In this document: positions 9,216-21,032 of the stretch, in pieces
Position numbering within the stretch: the first letter of the stretch is position 1
Layout of the letters: each line of letters opens with the position of its first letter
From: Rhizobium sp. Q54
Lineage (GTDB): Bacteria > Pseudomonadota > Alphaproteobacteria > CADEGL01
Length of the DNA stretch: 64,000 bases
Direction: 5' to 3'
Assembly (NCBI GenBank): GCA_945860095.1
Contig: CAMAPP010000002.1
Coordinates: 4,564 to 68,563 of the forward strand
Translations under genes and position numbers: made by a program
Notes under the pieces: generated by a model
Database searches by the model: none
Told to the model about the DNA's origin: nothing
What the model saw: the letters and a program-made list of their open reading frames with translations, nothing else

Positions 9216-9911
9216 CTAAGCTGGAGCCGGGCGAGCGCCGAAAATAGCGGTACCGACGCGGACATGCGTTGCGCCGAAGCGAATCGCGTCCTCGTAGTCG
9301 GCGCTCATTCCCATGCTTAAGGCGGAAAGTTGGTTCCGGCGCGCAATTTCACGCAGCAAGGCGAAGTGGAGCGAGGGCGGTTCGTCCGCCGGCGGGATGC
9401 ACATGAGGCCGAGAATCGGAAGTCCAAGACCGTCGCGGCATTGCGCGATGAAGCCGTCCGCCTCGGCGGGCGCAATTCCCGCCTTCTGGTCTTCCTCGCC
9501 GGTATTCACCTGAATCAAACACGCCGGGCGGCGCCCCTGCTTGGCCATCTGTTCGGCGACCGCCACGGCAAGTTTCGGCCGGTCGATGCTTTGGATAACG
9601 TCGAACAGAGAAACCGCCTCTTTGACCTTGTTGGTTTGAAGGGGCCCGATCAGATGCAAGCGAATCTCCGGAAATTCGCTCCGGAGCGCCGGCCATTTCA
9701 CTGCGGCCTCCTGGACGCGGTTCTCGCCAAAATCGCTCTGGCCCGCGGCGATCGCCGCGCGGCAGCTCGCGGCCGGATGGAATTTTCCGACGGCAATCAA
9801 CGTAATATCCGCCGAGTTTCGTCCGACGGCGCGGCAGCTATCATCGATGCGCGCGCGTACCGCCCGGAGATTGCTCGCTATGGTCGCAATTTCGACATGC
9901 GTATCGGACAT
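9216..9911 (-). CDS. yggS: YggS-family pyridoxal-phosphate homeostasis protein
   Basis: Alanine-racemase N-terminal-like fold (…IAVGKF…LHLIGPLQTNKVK…SMGMSADYE…). Length 231 aa. Confidence 0.85.
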   Translation of the reverse strand: MSDTHVEIATIASNLRAVRARIDDSCRAVGRNSADITLIAVGKFHPAASCRAAIAAGQSDFGENRVQEAAVKWPALRSEFPEIRLHLIGPLQTNKVKEAVSLFDVIQSIDRPKLAVAVAEQMAKQGRRPACLIQVNTGEEDQKAGIAPAEADGFIAQCRDGLGLPILGLMCIPPADEPPSLHFALLREIARRNQLSALSMGMSADYEDAIRFGATHVRVGTAIFGARPAPA

Positions 9912-9993
9912 CGTTCCGTCTCATTTGCCGGCCGGGAGACTAATTCGGCCGGGAGGCCAACAATGCCCAGACATGCGGGCTAGGCGCCACCGA

Positions 9994-11871
9994 TCAGGGC
10001 CGGACGCGGAAATTTCGCCGCACGTACTCAAGCAAAATCGCGACCGAGTCGTCGACCTTCTGATTCGTTGTGTCGACGACCAGATCGGGCGATTCCGGCA
10101 CTTCATAGGGTGCGGATATGCCCGTGAAATCGCGGATTTCCCCCGACCGTGCGCGCTTGTAGAGGCCCTTGGGATCGCGCCGTTCGCAGGTCGCCAAATC
10201 CGCGCGGACATAGACTTCGTGAAACCGCCCCGCGGCGGCGGCGCGGGATTCCGCGCGATCCTTGCAATAGGGCGAAATGAACGCCGTGATCGCCACGACC
10301 CCAGCCTCGGCAAACAGCGCGGCGACTTCTCCGACCCGGCGAATGTTTTCCGCCCGGTCTTCGGGCGAAAATCCAAGATTGGCGTTGAGGCCGCGGCGAA
10401 CATTGTCGCCGTCAAGCACGAAGACGTTGAAGCCTTCCTTGAACAGCCTCGCCTCGAGTTCGATCGCCAAGGTGGATTTGCCCGAGCCGCTGAGTCCGGT
10501 CAGCCAAATCACGCCGCCTTCGTGACCCGATTGGGCGGTCCGCATCTCCGCCGTCACGCGGTGCTCCACCACTGTCAGATTTTCCGAACGGACCAAGACG
10601 TGGCGGCGAAGGTCGGAATAGCCGGACATGTCGATCAATCCGCCGCCGGCGACATCGAAGCCATCGACGAGCACGAACCGGCCGGTTCGCGGATTCTGCG
10701 TCGAGGGATCGAGCGCAAGCATGGCGCGGGACCGCATGACGACCTCGGCGACCGTATTGCGTTCGACCTGGTTCGCCGGCGCGGCCGATAGGTCCGTCGT
10801 ATTGATGACGCGGTCTATCGAGTGGACCTCGATCGGAACCTGCCGCGTTGCAAGCTTGAGGGTGTAGGTCTTGCCCGCGCGCAGCGGTTCCCGGCCCAAC
10901 CAGAAAAGTCGGGCTTTGAATACGTTCGTTTCCCACGGCGCATGATCGACATGGCTCGCAAGTTCGCCCCGCTCCGCGAACACCTGTTCCTCGAGCGTGA
11001 TGCCGATGGATTGTCCCGCTTGGGCCTCGTGGGCGGCCTCGGTCGACGGCCAGGATTCTATCGATTTGACCCGCGCCGTCATGTTGGAAGGCGAGAACAG
11101 CAGGCGTTCGCCGACGCGAAGGCGGCCGGTTTCGATGCGCCCGGTGTAGATTCGTCGATCGTCGAATTTGTAAACGTCTTGAATGGGGAAGCGGAGCGGC
11201 AAATCCTCGAGGCCCTCGGGCATCGCGAATTCATCCAAGGCCTCGATCAGATCGGGCCCCGAATACCACGGCATGCGAGCGGAATGGCCTTTGATATTGT
11301 CGCCCTCGCGCGCCGACGCGGGGATCACGCGTTTGGCATGGATCTGGATATCCGCCAGATACCGGCGCACGTCCTTTTCAAGTTCGGAAAATCGGGCGGC
11401 GTCGTAGCCGACCAAATCCATTTTCGTCACCACAACGAACACCTGCATCACGCCCATCAAGGACAGGACGTAACCGTGGCGGCGCGACTGCTCGCGCACG
11501 CCCTCGAGCGCATCAATGACGAGAATCGCGCCGTCGCACCCCGCGGCACCTGAAATCATGTTCTTTAGGAATTCGCGGTGTCCGGGAGCATCGACGAGCA
11601 CGTAACGGCGTTGCGGCGTGCGAAACTGGATGTAGCTCACATCGATGGTGACGCCCTGGTCGCGCTCGGGCTGCAGCGCGTCCGTGACGAAGGCCCATTC
11701 GAAGGCCATATTGCGCCTGTGGCAGGTGGCTTCGACCTCCGCCAATTTTCCCGCGGGCAAGGCGCCGGTTTCGTGGAGCATGCGTCCGACGAGGGTGGAT
11801 TTGCCGTGATCGACATGTCCTACGACTACGACGCGAAAGGCCGGTGTCGGGGAATGGCTGTGGGGGGACAT
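9994..11871 (-). CDS. cysNC: bifunctional sulfate adenylyltransferase subunit 1 / adenylylsulfate kinase (CysN/CysC fusion, NodQ-like)
   Basis: N-terminal GTPase domain ([19 protein letters not shown]…DAPGH…TKMDLV). C-terminal APS kinase ([17 protein letters not shown]…). Start placed at MSPHSHSP. The track ORF's extra 82-aa N-extension looks spurious. Confidence 0.9.
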   Translation of the reverse strand: MSPHSHSPTPAFRVVVVGHVDHGKSTLVGRMLHETGALPAGKLAEVEATCHRRNMAFEWAFVTDALQPERDQGVTIDVSYIQFRTPQRRYVLVDAPGHREFLKNMISGAAGCDGAILVIDALEGVREQSRRHGYVLSLMGVMQVFVVVTKMDLVGYDAARFSELEKDVRRYLADIQIHAKRVIPASAREGDNIKGHSARMPWYSGPDLIEALDEFAMPEGLEDLPLRFPIQDVYKFDDRRIYTGRIETGRLRVGERLLFSPSNMTARVKSIESWPSTEAAHEAQAGQSIGITLEEQVFAERGELASHVDHAPWETNVFKARLFWLGREPLRAGKTYTLKLATRQVPIEVHSIDRVINTTDLSAAPANQVERNTVAEVVMRSRAMLALDPSTQNPRTGRFVLVDGFDVAGGGLIDMSGYSDLRRHVLVRSENLTVVEHRVTAEMRTAQSGHEGGVIWLTGLSGSGKSTLAIELEARLFKEGFNVFVLDGDNVRRGLNANLGFSPEDRAENIRRVGEVAALFAEAGVVAITAFISPYCKDRAESRAAAAGRFHEVYVRADLATCERRDPKGLYKRARSGEIRDFTGISAPYEVPESPDLVVDTTNQKVDDSVAILLEYVRRNFRVRP

Positions 11872-12080
11872 GAACTGCGGCGACACTGGGTTGTGGATTT
11901 TCCAGGAAATAGGCACTTGGTCTTCCCATATCCAGGGCTGGAGACAAAGGTATTTGTAGGGCCTACCGGGGGGTTCGGGCTGGCGGGCGGTTCCGCGACA
12001 GTTGTTCGCGGGTACCCGGTTGCCTATCATCCGGCGCGGAAGCGACGGATACCAAATAATCGGAAAGGCGATGTGACGGC

Positions 12081-12578
12081 ATGATTTTTCATGGGTTGAG
12101 GACAAAGGCTGCGACACCGATTCTATTGGTCATGGGCTTGGTGTTCGCGCTGGCCGCTTGCACGCGCAACACGGCGCCGCCAAAGCAAGAAGGCGTCGCC
12201 GGCGCGGACGGCTATAATTACCTTGGCACACCGCAAGGTTCGAGCGCTTCGGCGCCGGCGGTCAATTCGTTCCTTTGGCGTGCGAGTTTGGAAACCGTGG
12301 CGTTCATGCCCCTGGCTTCGGCCGATGCCTATGGCGGCGTGTTGATTACCGACTGGTATGCACCGCCGGAGACGCCCGCCGAGCGGTTCAAGATCAATGT
12401 CTTCGTGACCGGCCGGCAGCTGCGGGCCGACGCGTTGCGCGCGGTCGTGTTCAAGCAAGCGCGGCGGCCCGACGGGTCCTGGATCGATGCCTCGGTGGAT
12501 CCTGGCACGGCGCGGAGCCTCGAGGACACGATTCTTGGGCGCGCGCGGCAAATGCGCGCCGATTCACCCAACCAATAA
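12081..12578 (+). CDS. DUF3576 domain-containing lipoprotein
   Basis: Signal peptide plus lipobox (LVFALAAC). Conserved alphaproteobacterial small lipoprotein found upstream of leuS. Confidence 0.7.
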   Translation: MIFHGLRTKAATPILLVMGLVFALAACTRNTAPPKQEGVAGADGYNYLGTPQGSSASAPAVNSFLWRASLETVAFMPLASADAYGGVLITDWYAPPETPAERFKINVFVTGRQLRADALRAVVFKQARRPDGSWIDASVDPGTARSLEDTILGRARQMRADSPNQ

Positions 12579-12621
12579 GCGGCAGGCAGGCAGAATATTC
12601 CAGCCGGCCGGGGCCGTGCTT

Positions 12622-12666
12622 TCCGATTTATCCTTATCTGATTTGTCGCAGTCCGATTTATCCCAG
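12622..12666. repeat. imperfect 3 x 15-bp tandem repeat (TCCGATTTATCCTTA / TCTGATTTGTCGCAG / TCCGATTTATCCCAG)
   Basis: Read directly from the sequence 14-58 nt upstream of the leuS ATG. It is relatively AT-rich and would encode a repeated SDLS if translated. Confidence 0.8.
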
Positions 12667-12679
12667 CCCGAGCATCGCG

Positions 12680-15244
12680 ATGGCGCGCTATAACCCGGCG
12701 GAAATCGAAGCCAAGTGGCAAGCCGCTTGGGAACGGCATGGCACTTTCCATGTCGAAGCCGATCCAAGCCGGCCAAAGTATTATGTTCTTGAAATGTTCC
12801 CATACCCTTCGGGGCGTATCCACATGGGGCATGTCCGCAATTACACGCTGGGCGATGTGGTCGCGCGCTACAAACGAGCGCGGGGGTTCAACGTGCTGCA
12901 TCCCATGGGCTGGGATGCCTTTGGCTTGCCTGCGGAGAACGCCGCACGGGAGCAAAAAATTCACCCCGCGAAGTGGACTTACGACAACATCGCGACGATG
13001 CGGGCGGAACTCAAGCGAATGGGTTTGTCTCTGGATTGGCGCCGGGAGATAGCGACCTGTCATCCCGGCTACTATCGCCACCAGCAAAAGCTTTTCCTCG
13101 ATTTTCTTAAAGCCGGACTTGCCTACCGGCGCGAGTCCTTCGTCAATTGGGACCCCGTCGATCACACGGTGTTGGCGAACGAGCAAGTGATCGACGGCCG
13201 CGGTTGGCGCTCGGGCGCGGCGGTGGAAAGGCGCAAGCTTTCCCAGTGGTTTTTCAAGATCACCGCCTATACGGAGGACTTGTTATCGGCCCTGGGCTCG
13301 CTCGCGCGCTGGCCGGAGAAGGTTCGCCTCATGCAGGAGAACTGGATCGGCAAATCCCAGGGCGCGTTCATGCAGTTCGAACTCAAGGGGCGATCCGACT
13401 GGATCGAGGTGTTCAGCACGCGTCCGGATACGATCTTCGGCGCCTCGTTCATGGCGCTCTCGCCCAATCATCCGCTTTCGGAGGAGATCGGGCGCGATAA
13501 TCCTTGCCTCGGGGCGTTCATCGCCGAATGCAATCGGATGAGTACGAGCGAAATCGCCATCGAGACCGCCGAGAAACGGGGCTACGACACGGGGCTCAGG
13601 GTCGCGCATCCGTTTCGCCCTGGCGTCGAGCTTCCGGTATATGTGGCCAATTTCGTGCTCATGGAGTACGGCAGCGGCGCGATTTTCGGCTGTCCCGCGC
13701 ACGATCAGCGCGACCTGGATTTTGCGCGAAAATACGGCCTTGAAGTTATTCCCGTGGTGTTGCCGCCGGATGGCGATCCGGAGAATTTCTCGGTCGGTGC
13801 CGACGCCTATGTCGGGCCAGGCAAGATTTTCAACTCCGATTTTCTCGACGGTCTCGACGTCGAGACCGCGGTCGCCGCAGCCACACGGCGCTTTGCCGAT
13901 TCCGGTCGCGGCCGCGCCGCGACGGTTTATCGGCTGCGTGATTGGGGCGTGTCGCGGCAACGCTACTGGGGCTGCCCCATTCCGGTCGTGCACTGCGAGA
14001 TATGCGGTGTGGTGGCGTTGCGCGAGAGCGATCTGCCGGTCTTGCTGCCGGACGACGTGACGTTCGACAAACCGGGCAACCCTCTCGATCATCATCCGAC
14101 GTGGAAGCATGTGATTTGTCCGGATTGCGGCGGTCCGGGACGGCGGGAGACCGATACATTCGATACCTTCGTTGATTCGTCTTGGTATTTCGCGCGGTTT
14201 TGCTCGCCGCGCGCCGATGCTCCGGTAAATGGGGCTGAAGTCGATTATTGGCTATCGGTCGATCAGTACATCGGCGGCGTCGAGCACGCGATTTTGCATT
14301 TGCTTTATGCTCGATTTTTCACCCGCGCCATGCACCGCACCGGCCATGTGAGGCTCGACGAGCCGTTCGGTGGTTTGTTTACGCAAGGCATGGTTTGCCA
14401 TGAGTCCTATCGTAGCGAGGATGGGAAATGGCTCTATCCGGAGGAGATTCGCAAGCTCGACGATGGGTCGATCATCCACGCCGAGACCGCCCGGCCCGTG
14501 ACCGTCGGAAGGCGGGAGGTCATGAGCAAGTCGAAGAAGAATGTCGTGGCGCCGGGGGCCATCATCGACACCTACGGCGCCGATACGGCGCGTCTTTTCA
14601 TGCTTTCCGACAGTCCGCCCGAGCGCGATTTGGAGTGGTCCGAGGCCGGCGTTGAGGGGGCGTGGCGTTATTTGGGGCGACTTCACCGCACGGTGATGGA
14701 ATCGACATTTGCCTTGGCCGATTCGGGGTCTCCACGACCGGTTCGGTTTTCGTCGGTCGCCGAGACGGCCTACCGCCGCATCAACAAAACGATCGTCGCG
14801 GTTACGGATGATCTCGAGAAGTTTCGTTTCAATCGAGCGGTTGCTAGAGTGCGTGAATTGAACAATGCGCTTCTTGAGATGGACGGCAAGACGGAGGGCG
14901 AGTCATGGGTGATGCGCGTCGGTTTGGAGATTCTTTTGCAATTGCTTGCGCCCATGGCGCCGCATATTGCCGAGGAATTGTGGGCCGCGCTGGGCGGCAA
15001 GGGATTGCTTGCCGAACATCCTTGGCCTAGCGCGGATGACGCCTATGTGTTGGACGAGAATGTAGAAATCGCGGTCCAAGTTTCCGGTAAATTGCGCGGG
15101 ACAATTGAGGTGGCGCGCGATTGCGGCGAGGATGCGGTTCGCGCGGCGGCCCTTGCTTTGCCGAACGTGGCGCGGGCGGTGTCGGGTCGTACAATCCGGC
15201 AAGTGATCGTGGTGCCGAATCGGATCGTCAATGTGGTTCTTTAA
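12680..15244 (+). CDS. leuS: leucine--tRNA ligase
   Basis: Internal Met of track ORF 12275..15244 ([14 protein letters not shown]…). HMGH and KMSKS motifs. Length 854 aa. Confidence 0.95.
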   Translation: MARYNPAEIEAKWQAAWERHGTFHVEADPSRPKYYVLEMFPYPSGRIHMGHVRNYTLGDVVARYKRARGFNVLHPMGWDAFGLPAENAAREQKIHPAKWTYDNIATMRAELKRMGLSLDWRREIATCHPGYYRHQQKLFLDFLKAGLAYRRESFVNWDPVDHTVLANEQVIDGRGWRSGAAVERRKLSQWFFKITAYTEDLLSALGSLARWPEKVRLMQENWIGKSQGAFMQFELKGRSDWIEVFSTRPDTIFGASFMALSPNHPLSEEIGRDNPCLGAFIAECNRMSTSEIAIETAEKRGYDTGLRVAHPFRPGVELPVYVANFVLMEYGSGAIFGCPAHDQRDLDFARKYGLEVIPVVLPPDGDPENFSVGADAYVGPGKIFNSDFLDGLDVETAVAAATRRFADSGRGRAATVYRLRDWGVSRQRYWGCPIPVVHCEICGVVALRESDLPVLLPDDVTFDKPGNPLDHHPTWKHVICPDCGGPGRRETDTFDTFVDSSWYFARFCSPRADAPVNGAEVDYWLSVDQYIGGVEHAILHLLYARFFTRAMHRTGHVRLDEPFGGLFTQGMVCHESYRSEDGKWLYPEEIRKLDDGSIIHAETARPVTVGRREVMSKSKKNVVAPGAIIDTYGADTARLFMLSDSPPERDLEWSEAGVEGAWRYLGRLHRTVMESTFALADSGSPRPVRFSSVAETAYRRINKTIVAVTDDLEKFRFNRAVARVRELNNALLEMDGKTEGESWVMRVGLEILLQLLAPMAPHIAEELWAALGGKGLLAEHPWPSADDAYVLDENVEIAVQVSGKLRGTIEVARDCGEDAVRAAALALPNVARAVSGRTIRQVIVVPNRIVNVVL

Positions 15245-15731
15245 GATTTCATGCGTTGTTGTTGTTCTGGTCCTAGGGGGTTGTGGGTTTCGTCCCCTAT
15301 ATGGTCAGCGCGAGGGCGGCGGCGCGACGGATCACATGGCCGCCGTACGCGTAGGCGTGATTGAGGATCGCGCGGGACAGCTATTGCGCAACGCGCTTTT
15401 GGAGCAGCTGCAGCCAGGCGGGCAGCCCGGGTTGCCGCTTTATGCCTTGGACTTGAAATTGACCGAGACGGTTCAGCAGCTCGCACTACAGAAGGACGAG
15501 ACGACATCGCGTTCGAGCCTGGAATTGCGCGTGGCCTATGTTTTGAAGCGGTTCGATAATGGCGCAACCTTGTTTGAGGGCGTAAGCCGGGCGGCCACCG
15601 GTTTCAACGTTGTTTCCTCGCACTTCGCCACCTTGAGTGCCGAGAGCGATGCCCGCAAACGGTCCCTTCGCGTGCTGAGCGAGGATATCAAAGTTCAACT
15701 CGGTGCGTATTTTGCCCGAGGCACGCCTTGA
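15231..15731 (+). CDS. lptE: LPS-assembly lipoprotein LptE
   Basis: Signal peptide plus lipobox (VLVLGGCGF). Conserved position between leuS and holA. It overlaps the leuS stop. Confidence 0.8.
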   Translation: MWFFKISCVVVVLVLGGCGFRPLYGQREGGGATDHMAAVRVGVIEDRAGQLLRNALLEQLQPGGQPGLPLYALDLKLTETVQQLALQKDETTSRSSLELRVAYVLKRFDNGATLFEGVSRAATGFNVVSSHFATLSAESDARKRSLRVLSEDIKVQLGAYFARGTP

Positions 15732-15741
15732 TGGTGGGCGC

Positions 15742-16779
15742 GTGAGAATTTCGTCGACCAGGGCCGGCGCTTTCTTGGGTGACGCTTGGTTGAAGTTCGT
15801 CGGAGTTTTGCTTTATGGGCCGGATTTGGGCCTGGTTCGCGAACGGGCAGCGGCGCTGGCGGGAGCCGCGCTCGGCGCTAAATCTGGGCTGTTCGGCGCG
15901 ATCGAATTGCCGGGTTCGCGGGTCAAGGATGAACCTCGGCTTTTGATCGACGAGTTATCGATGTTGGCATTCGGCGGTGGCCGGAAGCTGGTGGTTGTCC
16001 GGGATGCCGGGGATGGCGTGTGCAACGCGGTTGCGATGGCGCTGCGGTCTTGGCCGGAATTGGCCTGCTTGATCGTCGAAGCGGGCGATTTGCCGAAACG
16101 GTCAACGCTGCGGGAATTGTTTGGGGGCGATTACCGTTTGGCGGAACTCGCCTGTTATCCCGACAGCGAGGAGGTCGTTGCCGATTTGGTGCGGGCGGGC
16201 TTGGCAGGGGGTGAAGTTCGGGCGACCGAGGACGCGCTAGGCTATTTGGCGGCGCGGCTTCAGGGCGACCGCCTGGTAATTCGCTCGGAGATCGCGAAGA
16301 TTGGGACGTTCGCAGGACCCGGCGGCGTTCTCGATCTCGAGTCTGCGATCGAGATATCGGGCGCGATTGGTGAAGTCTCCATGGACGCGGCGCTTCACGC
16401 GGCATGGACCGGTCGGATTGAGGATGTCGATGCCGCAGTGCACGAATGTTTGTCTCAGGGTGTCGCGCCGGTTGCACTGATCAGAGGAGCGATCCGGAAT
16501 CTCGAGCGCTTGGTACTTGTGCGCGCGGCTGTTGATGGGGGTGCCGCGATCGACGATTCCGTCCGTGCATTGCGGCCGCCGGTGTTTTTCCGGCATGTCG
16601 AGGATTTCAAGCGCGAGGTTCGTACTTGGCCGCGCGAATCTCTGCACCGCGCGCTCGAACGCTTGCTCGAGGCTGAGGTCCGCTGCAAATCTAGCGGTCT
16701 TCCCGATGCTTCGGTTTGCGGAAGAGCGTTTCTTGAAATCGCGACGGCCGCACGGTTCCAATCGGCCGCGCGGCGTTAG
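15742..16779 (+). CDS. holA: DNA polymerase III subunit delta
   Basis: VLLYGPDLGLVRERA motif and conserved leuS-lptE-holA order. The track ORF starts at 15703. A GTG at 15742 avoids overlap with lptE. The start is uncertain. Confidence 0.8.
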   Translation: MRISSTRAGAFLGDAWLKFVGVLLYGPDLGLVRERAAALAGAALGAKSGLFGAIELPGSRVKDEPRLLIDELSMLAFGGGRKLVVVRDAGDGVCNAVAMALRSWPELACLIVEAGDLPKRSTLRELFGGDYRLAELACYPDSEEVVADLVRAGLAGGEVRATEDALGYLAARLQGDRLVIRSEIAKIGTFAGPGGVLDLESAIEISGAIGEVSMDAALHAAWTGRIEDVDAAVHECLSQGVAPVALIRGAIRNLERLVLVRAAVDGGAAIDDSVRALRPPVFFRHVEDFKREVRTWPRESLHRALERLLEAEVRCKSSGLPDASVCGRAFLEIATAARFQSAARR

Positions 16780-17648
16780 GTGAGGTGAGTTTTCGTCAAG
16801 CGCAGGACCAAGTCGTCGAGCTGCTCAAGGGATTGGTAACGGATTGTGAGCTCACCAGCCGTGCCGTTCGTTTTGAGGCCGACCTTCAATCCGAGTGCAC
16901 CGGACAATTGTCTTTCCAAAGCGGCGATGTCCGAATTTTTTTCGGACGGAGCCTTGTTGGGCGGCGGGTTTTTGGCGCTGCGCACCATGGCTTCGACTTG
17001 GCGCACGCTCATGTCGCGGGAGACCGCGATTCGTGCCAAGGCTTCCGCGTTCGGCAGGCCAATCAGCGGCCGGGCGTGTCCAGGGGAAAGTTTCTTCTCG
17101 TCGATAAGCGCTTGGATGGTGTCCGAGAGCTCGAGCAGTCGAACGGCGTTGGCGATGTGGCTGCGGCTTTTCCCTAAGATCCGCGCGAGGTGGTCTTGGG
17201 TGTGGCCAAACTCGGTCATCAAGCGGCGATATCCGAAGGCTTCCTCGATCGGCGATAGATCGGCGCGCTGGATGTTTTCGACCAGAGCGATTTCGAGGAC
17301 GTCGCGATCGCTGAGTTCGCGCACGACGACCGGGATTTCGTGAATGCCCGCGCGCTGCGCCGCGCGCCAGCGCCGTTCCCCGGCGACGATTTCATATTCC
17401 TTATCGGCCAGACGGCGGACCAGGATTGGTTGCAGGACGCCCTTTTCCTTGATCGAGTTCGCGAGCGATTCAAGTTCCGGCTCGTCAAATCTGCGCCGCG
17501 GCTGGAACGGGCCCGGGCGAAGTTGGGTTAGCGGCAGGCTACGGACGAATTTCTCCGCTTCTTGGTCCGCTGCCGGTGGAGTTTCATCGCCGAGGAGAGC
17601 AGAGAGCCCGCGCCCGAGGTGTCGGCGTTTTTGGTCGTCGGAGTTCAT
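16776..17648 (-). CDS. parB: chromosome partitioning protein ParB
   Basis: ParB/Spo0J motifs (…GERRWRAAQRAG…) and a KorB-like HTH. Its stop overlaps the convergent holA stop. Confidence 0.95.
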   Translation of the reverse strand: MNSDDQKRRHLGRGLSALLGDETPPAADQEAEKFVRSLPLTQLRPGPFQPRRRFDEPELESLANSIKEKGVLQPILVRRLADKEYEIVAGERRWRAAQRAGIHEIPVVVRELSDRDVLEIALVENIQRADLSPIEEAFGYRRLMTEFGHTQDHLARILGKSRSHIANAVRLLELSDTIQALIDEKKLSPGHARPLIGLPNAEALARIAVSRDMSVRQVEAMVRSAKNPPPNKAPSEKNSDIAALERQLSGALGLKVGLKTNGTAGELTIRYQSLEQLDDLVLRLTKTHLT

Positions 17649-18439
17649 TGCCGCAGGGCTTGTTCGCGGCGAATAACTTCGCTGGCCAGGTGGATATAGG
17701 CCTGCGAGCCGGAGCAGCGAAAATCATAGAGCAGCACCGGCTTGCCGTACGAGGGCGCTTCGGAGACTCGGACGTTTCGGGGAATAACGGTCTGGTAAAC
17801 CTTCTCGCCGAAATGCCGGCGAACATCGGACGCCACGAGATCGGAGAGGCTGTTTCGCTTGTCGAACATCGTCAAGACAAGGCCCTGGATTTCAAGGCGC
17901 GGATTGAGATTTTTTCGGACCCGCTCGATGGTTCGCATGAGGTGGCTCAGGCCTTCCAGCGCATAGAACTCGCACTGCAATGGCACCAGGACCGCGTCCG
18001 CGGCAGTTAGAGCGTTGAGCGTTAACAAGCCTAGAGCGGGCGGGCAGTCGATCAGAATATAGCTGTAATCGGCCTTGCGGTCGCGGATGGCCGCGCGCAA
18101 TCGATATTCGCGCTCCGACATCCCGACGAGCTCGAGTTCCGCGCCCGTAAGATCGATGGATGATGGAATGACGGATAGGCCGGGGATGGCCGTCGCGATC
18201 GTCACATCTGCGATTCCGCGGCGGTCGATTATGAGATCGTAGGTGCCCTGAACGCGCTGGTGTTTTGTCACGCCGAGTCCCGTACTGGCGTTGCCCTGAG
18301 GGTCCAGATCGATGAGCAAAACTTTCTCGCCGACCGCCGCCAACGCAGTTCCTAGATTGACTGCGGTGGTGGTCTTTCCCACTCCGCCTTTCTGATTGAC
18401 GATTGCGATAACGCGCGGCCCACTCGGGCTCGAATGCAT
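17645..18439 (-). CDS. parA: chromosome partitioning ATPase ParA
   Basis: Deviant Walker A motif (IAIVNQKGGVGKTTTAVNLG). Start placed at MHSSPSGPRVIAI. The track ORF extends to 18493. Confidence 0.9.
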   Translation of the reverse strand: MHSSPSGPRVIAIVNQKGGVGKTTTAVNLGTALAAVGEKVLLIDLDPQGNASTGLGVTKHQRVQGTYDLIIDRRGIADVTIATAIPGLSVIPSSIDLTGAELELVGMSEREYRLRAAIRDRKADYSYILIDCPPALGLLTLNALTAADAVLVPLQCEFYALEGLSHLMRTIERVRKNLNPRLEIQGLVLTMFDKRNSLSDLVASDVRRHFGEKVYQTVIPRNVRVSEAPSYGKPVLLYDFRCSGSQAYIHLASEVIRREQALRQ

Positions 18440-18452
18440 GGTGGCACCGGGT

Positions 18453-19082
18453 TCATGATGAATTTGGGGCATGATGGATATCTTCGATCTCAAGAACGCA
18501 CCCGTCGCGGCCGGCTTGGCTGGGGTGAATGCGTGCGGTTAGTTTCCTCTTTTTTTGAGCCAGAATCAATTCATGTTGTACCTTAGAACCCTTCAATAAC
18601 AATATATGGGATTGGGGCGCTATCAAATGGGTGACCAGATCAAGGAAGCTATCGATCTCGGCCACCGCCCTTGCGGTTATGGTCAATGCCGGTGTGGGGA
18701 CATATTCCGAAATATCGATGCTCAAGACTTGCGCCGTGGCGCCGGTGCGATGAACGACGGCACGAAGAAACGCACATTTTCGCTTATCACGCTCCACCAG
18801 GTCGATCCGGTCTTCACCAAGAATCGAAAGCACAAGGCCCGGAAAGCCAGCACCCGAACCAACATCCACTATTCGGCCGCGGTCTTTGCGCAAAAATTGG
18901 CGGAGTTGAGCGGAGTCTAAAAAATGCCTTGTCCAGAGATTAGGCAGAGTATTGTTGCCAATTAAATTTATTGATTTTTGCCATTTTGAGAGTTCTTCGG
19001 CGTATAGAGCAAGTTTTTGAGTCGTTTCACGTGAAACGTTTGCAAACTTATGAAATACAACGCTTTCTTGAACTTGCGTCAT
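18453..19082 (-). CDS. rsmG: 16S rRNA (guanine527-N7)-methyltransferase RsmG
   Basis: N-terminal …NVSRET… motif and SAM-binding loop ([11 protein letters not shown]). Position between mnmG and parA. Confidence 0.9.
   Translation of the reverse strand: MTQVQESVVFHKFANVSRETTQKLALYAEELSKWQKSINLIGNNTLPNLWTRHFLDSAQLRQFLRKDRGRIVDVGSGAGFPGLVLSILGEDRIDLVERDKRKCAFLRAVVHRTGATAQVLSIDISEYVPTPALTITARAVAEIDSFLDLVTHLIAPQSHILLLKGSKVQHELILAQKKRKLTARIHPSQAGRDGCVLEIEDIHHAPNSS
19023..19038. repeat. perfect palindrome CGTTTCACGTGAAACG (copy A), inside rsmG codons 13-18
   Basis: Self-complementary 16-mer read from the sequence. It encodes (N)VSRET using the rare codons gtt, tca, cgt and gaa in a high-GC genome. 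Confidence 0.9.
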
Positions 19083-20947
19083 GCAACACGATTTTGTCTA
19101 TTTTGCGAAAACTGAGCCATGCGAATCAAGGCCCCCAAAGCGGCCGGTGTCATGCCCTCAATTCTACTAGCTGCGCCGACCGTTAATGGGCGGTTCCTGT
19201 TCAGTTTTTCTCGCAATTCTCCAGATAATTCCGGCAAATTTGAATAGTCGAGGTTATTTGGGAGATATGCCATATCTTCGCGCCGAAAGGCTGCGATATC
19301 GCGATTTTGTCTATCGATATAGCCCGCATAGCGGGCCTCTACTTTCAATAACTCAATTATATTCAATGGTATAAGTTGAATTTCCGGCCATATTTCGATG
19401 AGTTTTTCAAGGGACAAGCTCTCATAGGAGAGGAGCTTTAAGGCTGATCGCCATTCTCCATCCGCGTTGACGTCAACGCCATGGCGCTTGATTTGGCTGG
19501 GGAGCGCCTTGAGGGAGCCAAGCATACCGCGGCATTTCTCAAGCACGTGATTCTTCTCGATCCAAGAAGCCCGGCGCCTATCCTGAACGAGACCGACCGC
19601 GACTCCAATCGGGGTAAGACGCTGGTCGGCATTGTCCGAGCGCAAACTAAGCCTGAATTCGGCCCGTGACGTGAACATGCGATACGGCTCGGTTGCGCCG
19701 TGCGTGACCAAATCATCGATCATAACGCCAATAAGCGCGTCCGCTCGGCTGAGCACGAGGCCCTTTACGCCTAGGGCCCTCGCTGCCGCATTGGCCCCGG
19801 CCAAGATCCCCTGGCCGGCGGCCTCTTCATAACCCGTCGTGCCATTTATTTGCCCGGCAAGGAAAAGTCCGGGACAACGCTTAACCTCCAGCGTATTGGT
19901 CAGCTCACGTGGGTCGACAAAATCGTACTCTACGGCATAACCTGGCCGCAGGATTTTGGCCCGTTCTAGGCCTGGGATCGTCCGCACGAAGGCCGCCTGC
20001 ACTTTTTCCGGGAGCGAAGTCGAAATCCCATTTGGGTAGATGGTATCGTCATCCAAGCCCTCGGGCTCAAGGAAGATCTGGTGCGATTCTCTGTCGCCGA
20101 ATCTTTCAACCTTATCTTCAATCGAGGGGCAGTACCGCGGTCCGACACCGCTAATCCCCCCTGAGTGCATGGCAGAAAGTGCCATGTTCTGACGGATGAT
20201 TTCATGCGTGCCCGCCGTCGTTCGGGTAATATGACAGGGAACTTGGGCGGTCTCGATGGTTTTCGACAGAAAAGAAAATGGCTCCGGTGGATTGTCGCCC
20301 CACTGAACTTCGAGGCCCGACCAATCTATGGTCCGGCCATCCAGCCGTGGCGGGGTGCCGGTTTTCAGTCGACCGAGGACCATACCGAGCTTTCTTAAGC
20401 GCGACGAAAGAGCCGTAGAGGCGGCCTCCCCTACGCGTCCGCCGGGCTCTTTCCTAGATCCAACGTGCAATGTTCCATTCAAGAACGTGCCGGTGGTCAA
20501 GACCACGGCCTTGGCATGAATCCGGGTACGATCAGCCAAAAACAGCTCAAATCCACCACCCAAAACCGGAACGATATCCTCGACCTCGCCCTTACCGATT
20601 GAAAGCCCAACTTGACCGGCCAACAGACACTGAATCGCGGAACGGTAAAGCTTTCGATCGGCTTGAGCTCTAGGGCCATGCACTGCAGCCCCCTTGCTAC
20701 GATTGAGAACACGAAATTGTATTCCCGCCTTATCGATTGCGCGCGCCATGATTCCATCAAGCGCATCAATTTCCCGAACAATCTGGCCCTTAGCCAAGCC
20801 CCCAATTGCGGGATTGCAGGACATCTCACCAATTCTTGAGGGATCGGTGGTCACCAAAAGCGTAACAGCCCCCATGCGCGCAGATGCGGAGGCAGCTTCA
20901 CTGCCAGCGTGCCCACCCCCAATCACGATAACTTCGTATCGATTCAT
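19079..20947 (-). CDS. mnmG: tRNA uridine-5-carboxymethylaminomethyl(34) synthesis enzyme MnmG (GidA)
   Basis: FAD-binding N-terminus ([16 protein letters not shown]) and about 620 aa. Start placed at MNRYEV. The track ORF's MFHVKH… extension is the palindrome read as protein. Confidence 0.95.
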   Translation of the reverse strand: MNRYEVIVIGGGHAGSEAASASARMGAVTLLVTTDPSRIGEMSCNPAIGGLAKGQIVREIDALDGIMARAIDKAGIQFRVLNRSKGAAVHGPRAQADRKLYRSAIQCLLAGQVGLSIGKGEVEDIVPVLGGGFELFLADRTRIHAKAVVLTTGTFLNGTLHVGSRKEPGGRVGEAASTALSSRLRKLGMVLGRLKTGTPPRLDGRTIDWSGLEVQWGDNPPEPFSFLSKTIETAQVPCHITRTTAGTHEIIRQNMALSAMHSGGISGVGPRYCPSIEDKVERFGDRESHQIFLEPEGLDDDTIYPNGISTSLPEKVQAAFVRTIPGLERAKILRPGYAVEYDFVDPRELTNTLEVKRCPGLFLAGQINGTTGYEEAAGQGILAGANAAARALGVKGLVLSRADALIGVMIDDLVTHGATEPYRMFTSRAEFRLSLRSDNADQRLTPIGVAVGLVQDRRRASWIEKNHVLEKCRGMLGSLKALPSQIKRHGVDVNADGEWRSALKLLSYESLSLEKLIEIWPEIQLIPLNIIELLKVEARYAGYIDRQNRDIAAFRREDMAYLPNNLDYSNLPELSGELREKLNRNRPLTVGAASRIEGMTPAALGALIRMAQFSQNRQNRVA

Positions 20948-20995
20948 GATTCTATGCCCTACATCACATGCCAAATTTTCGTAAATTAGACCCGA

Positions 20996-21013
20996 ATGTT
21001 TCACGTGAAACAT
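20996..21013. repeat. perfect palindrome ATGTTTCACGTGAAACAT (copy B1)
   Basis: Lies in the mnmE-mnmG intergenic region, about 50 nt upstream of the mnmG start codon. Confidence 0.9.
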
Positions 21014-21032
21014 TAAAATTCGCCCTTGGTAA

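Noticed and set aside
11872-12117. 82-aa N-terminal extension of cysNC ([11 protein letters not shown]…)
   Set aside because: CysN proteins start immediately before the [10 protein letters not shown]-loop. The extension has no counterpart in CysN proteins and would leave no promoter region.
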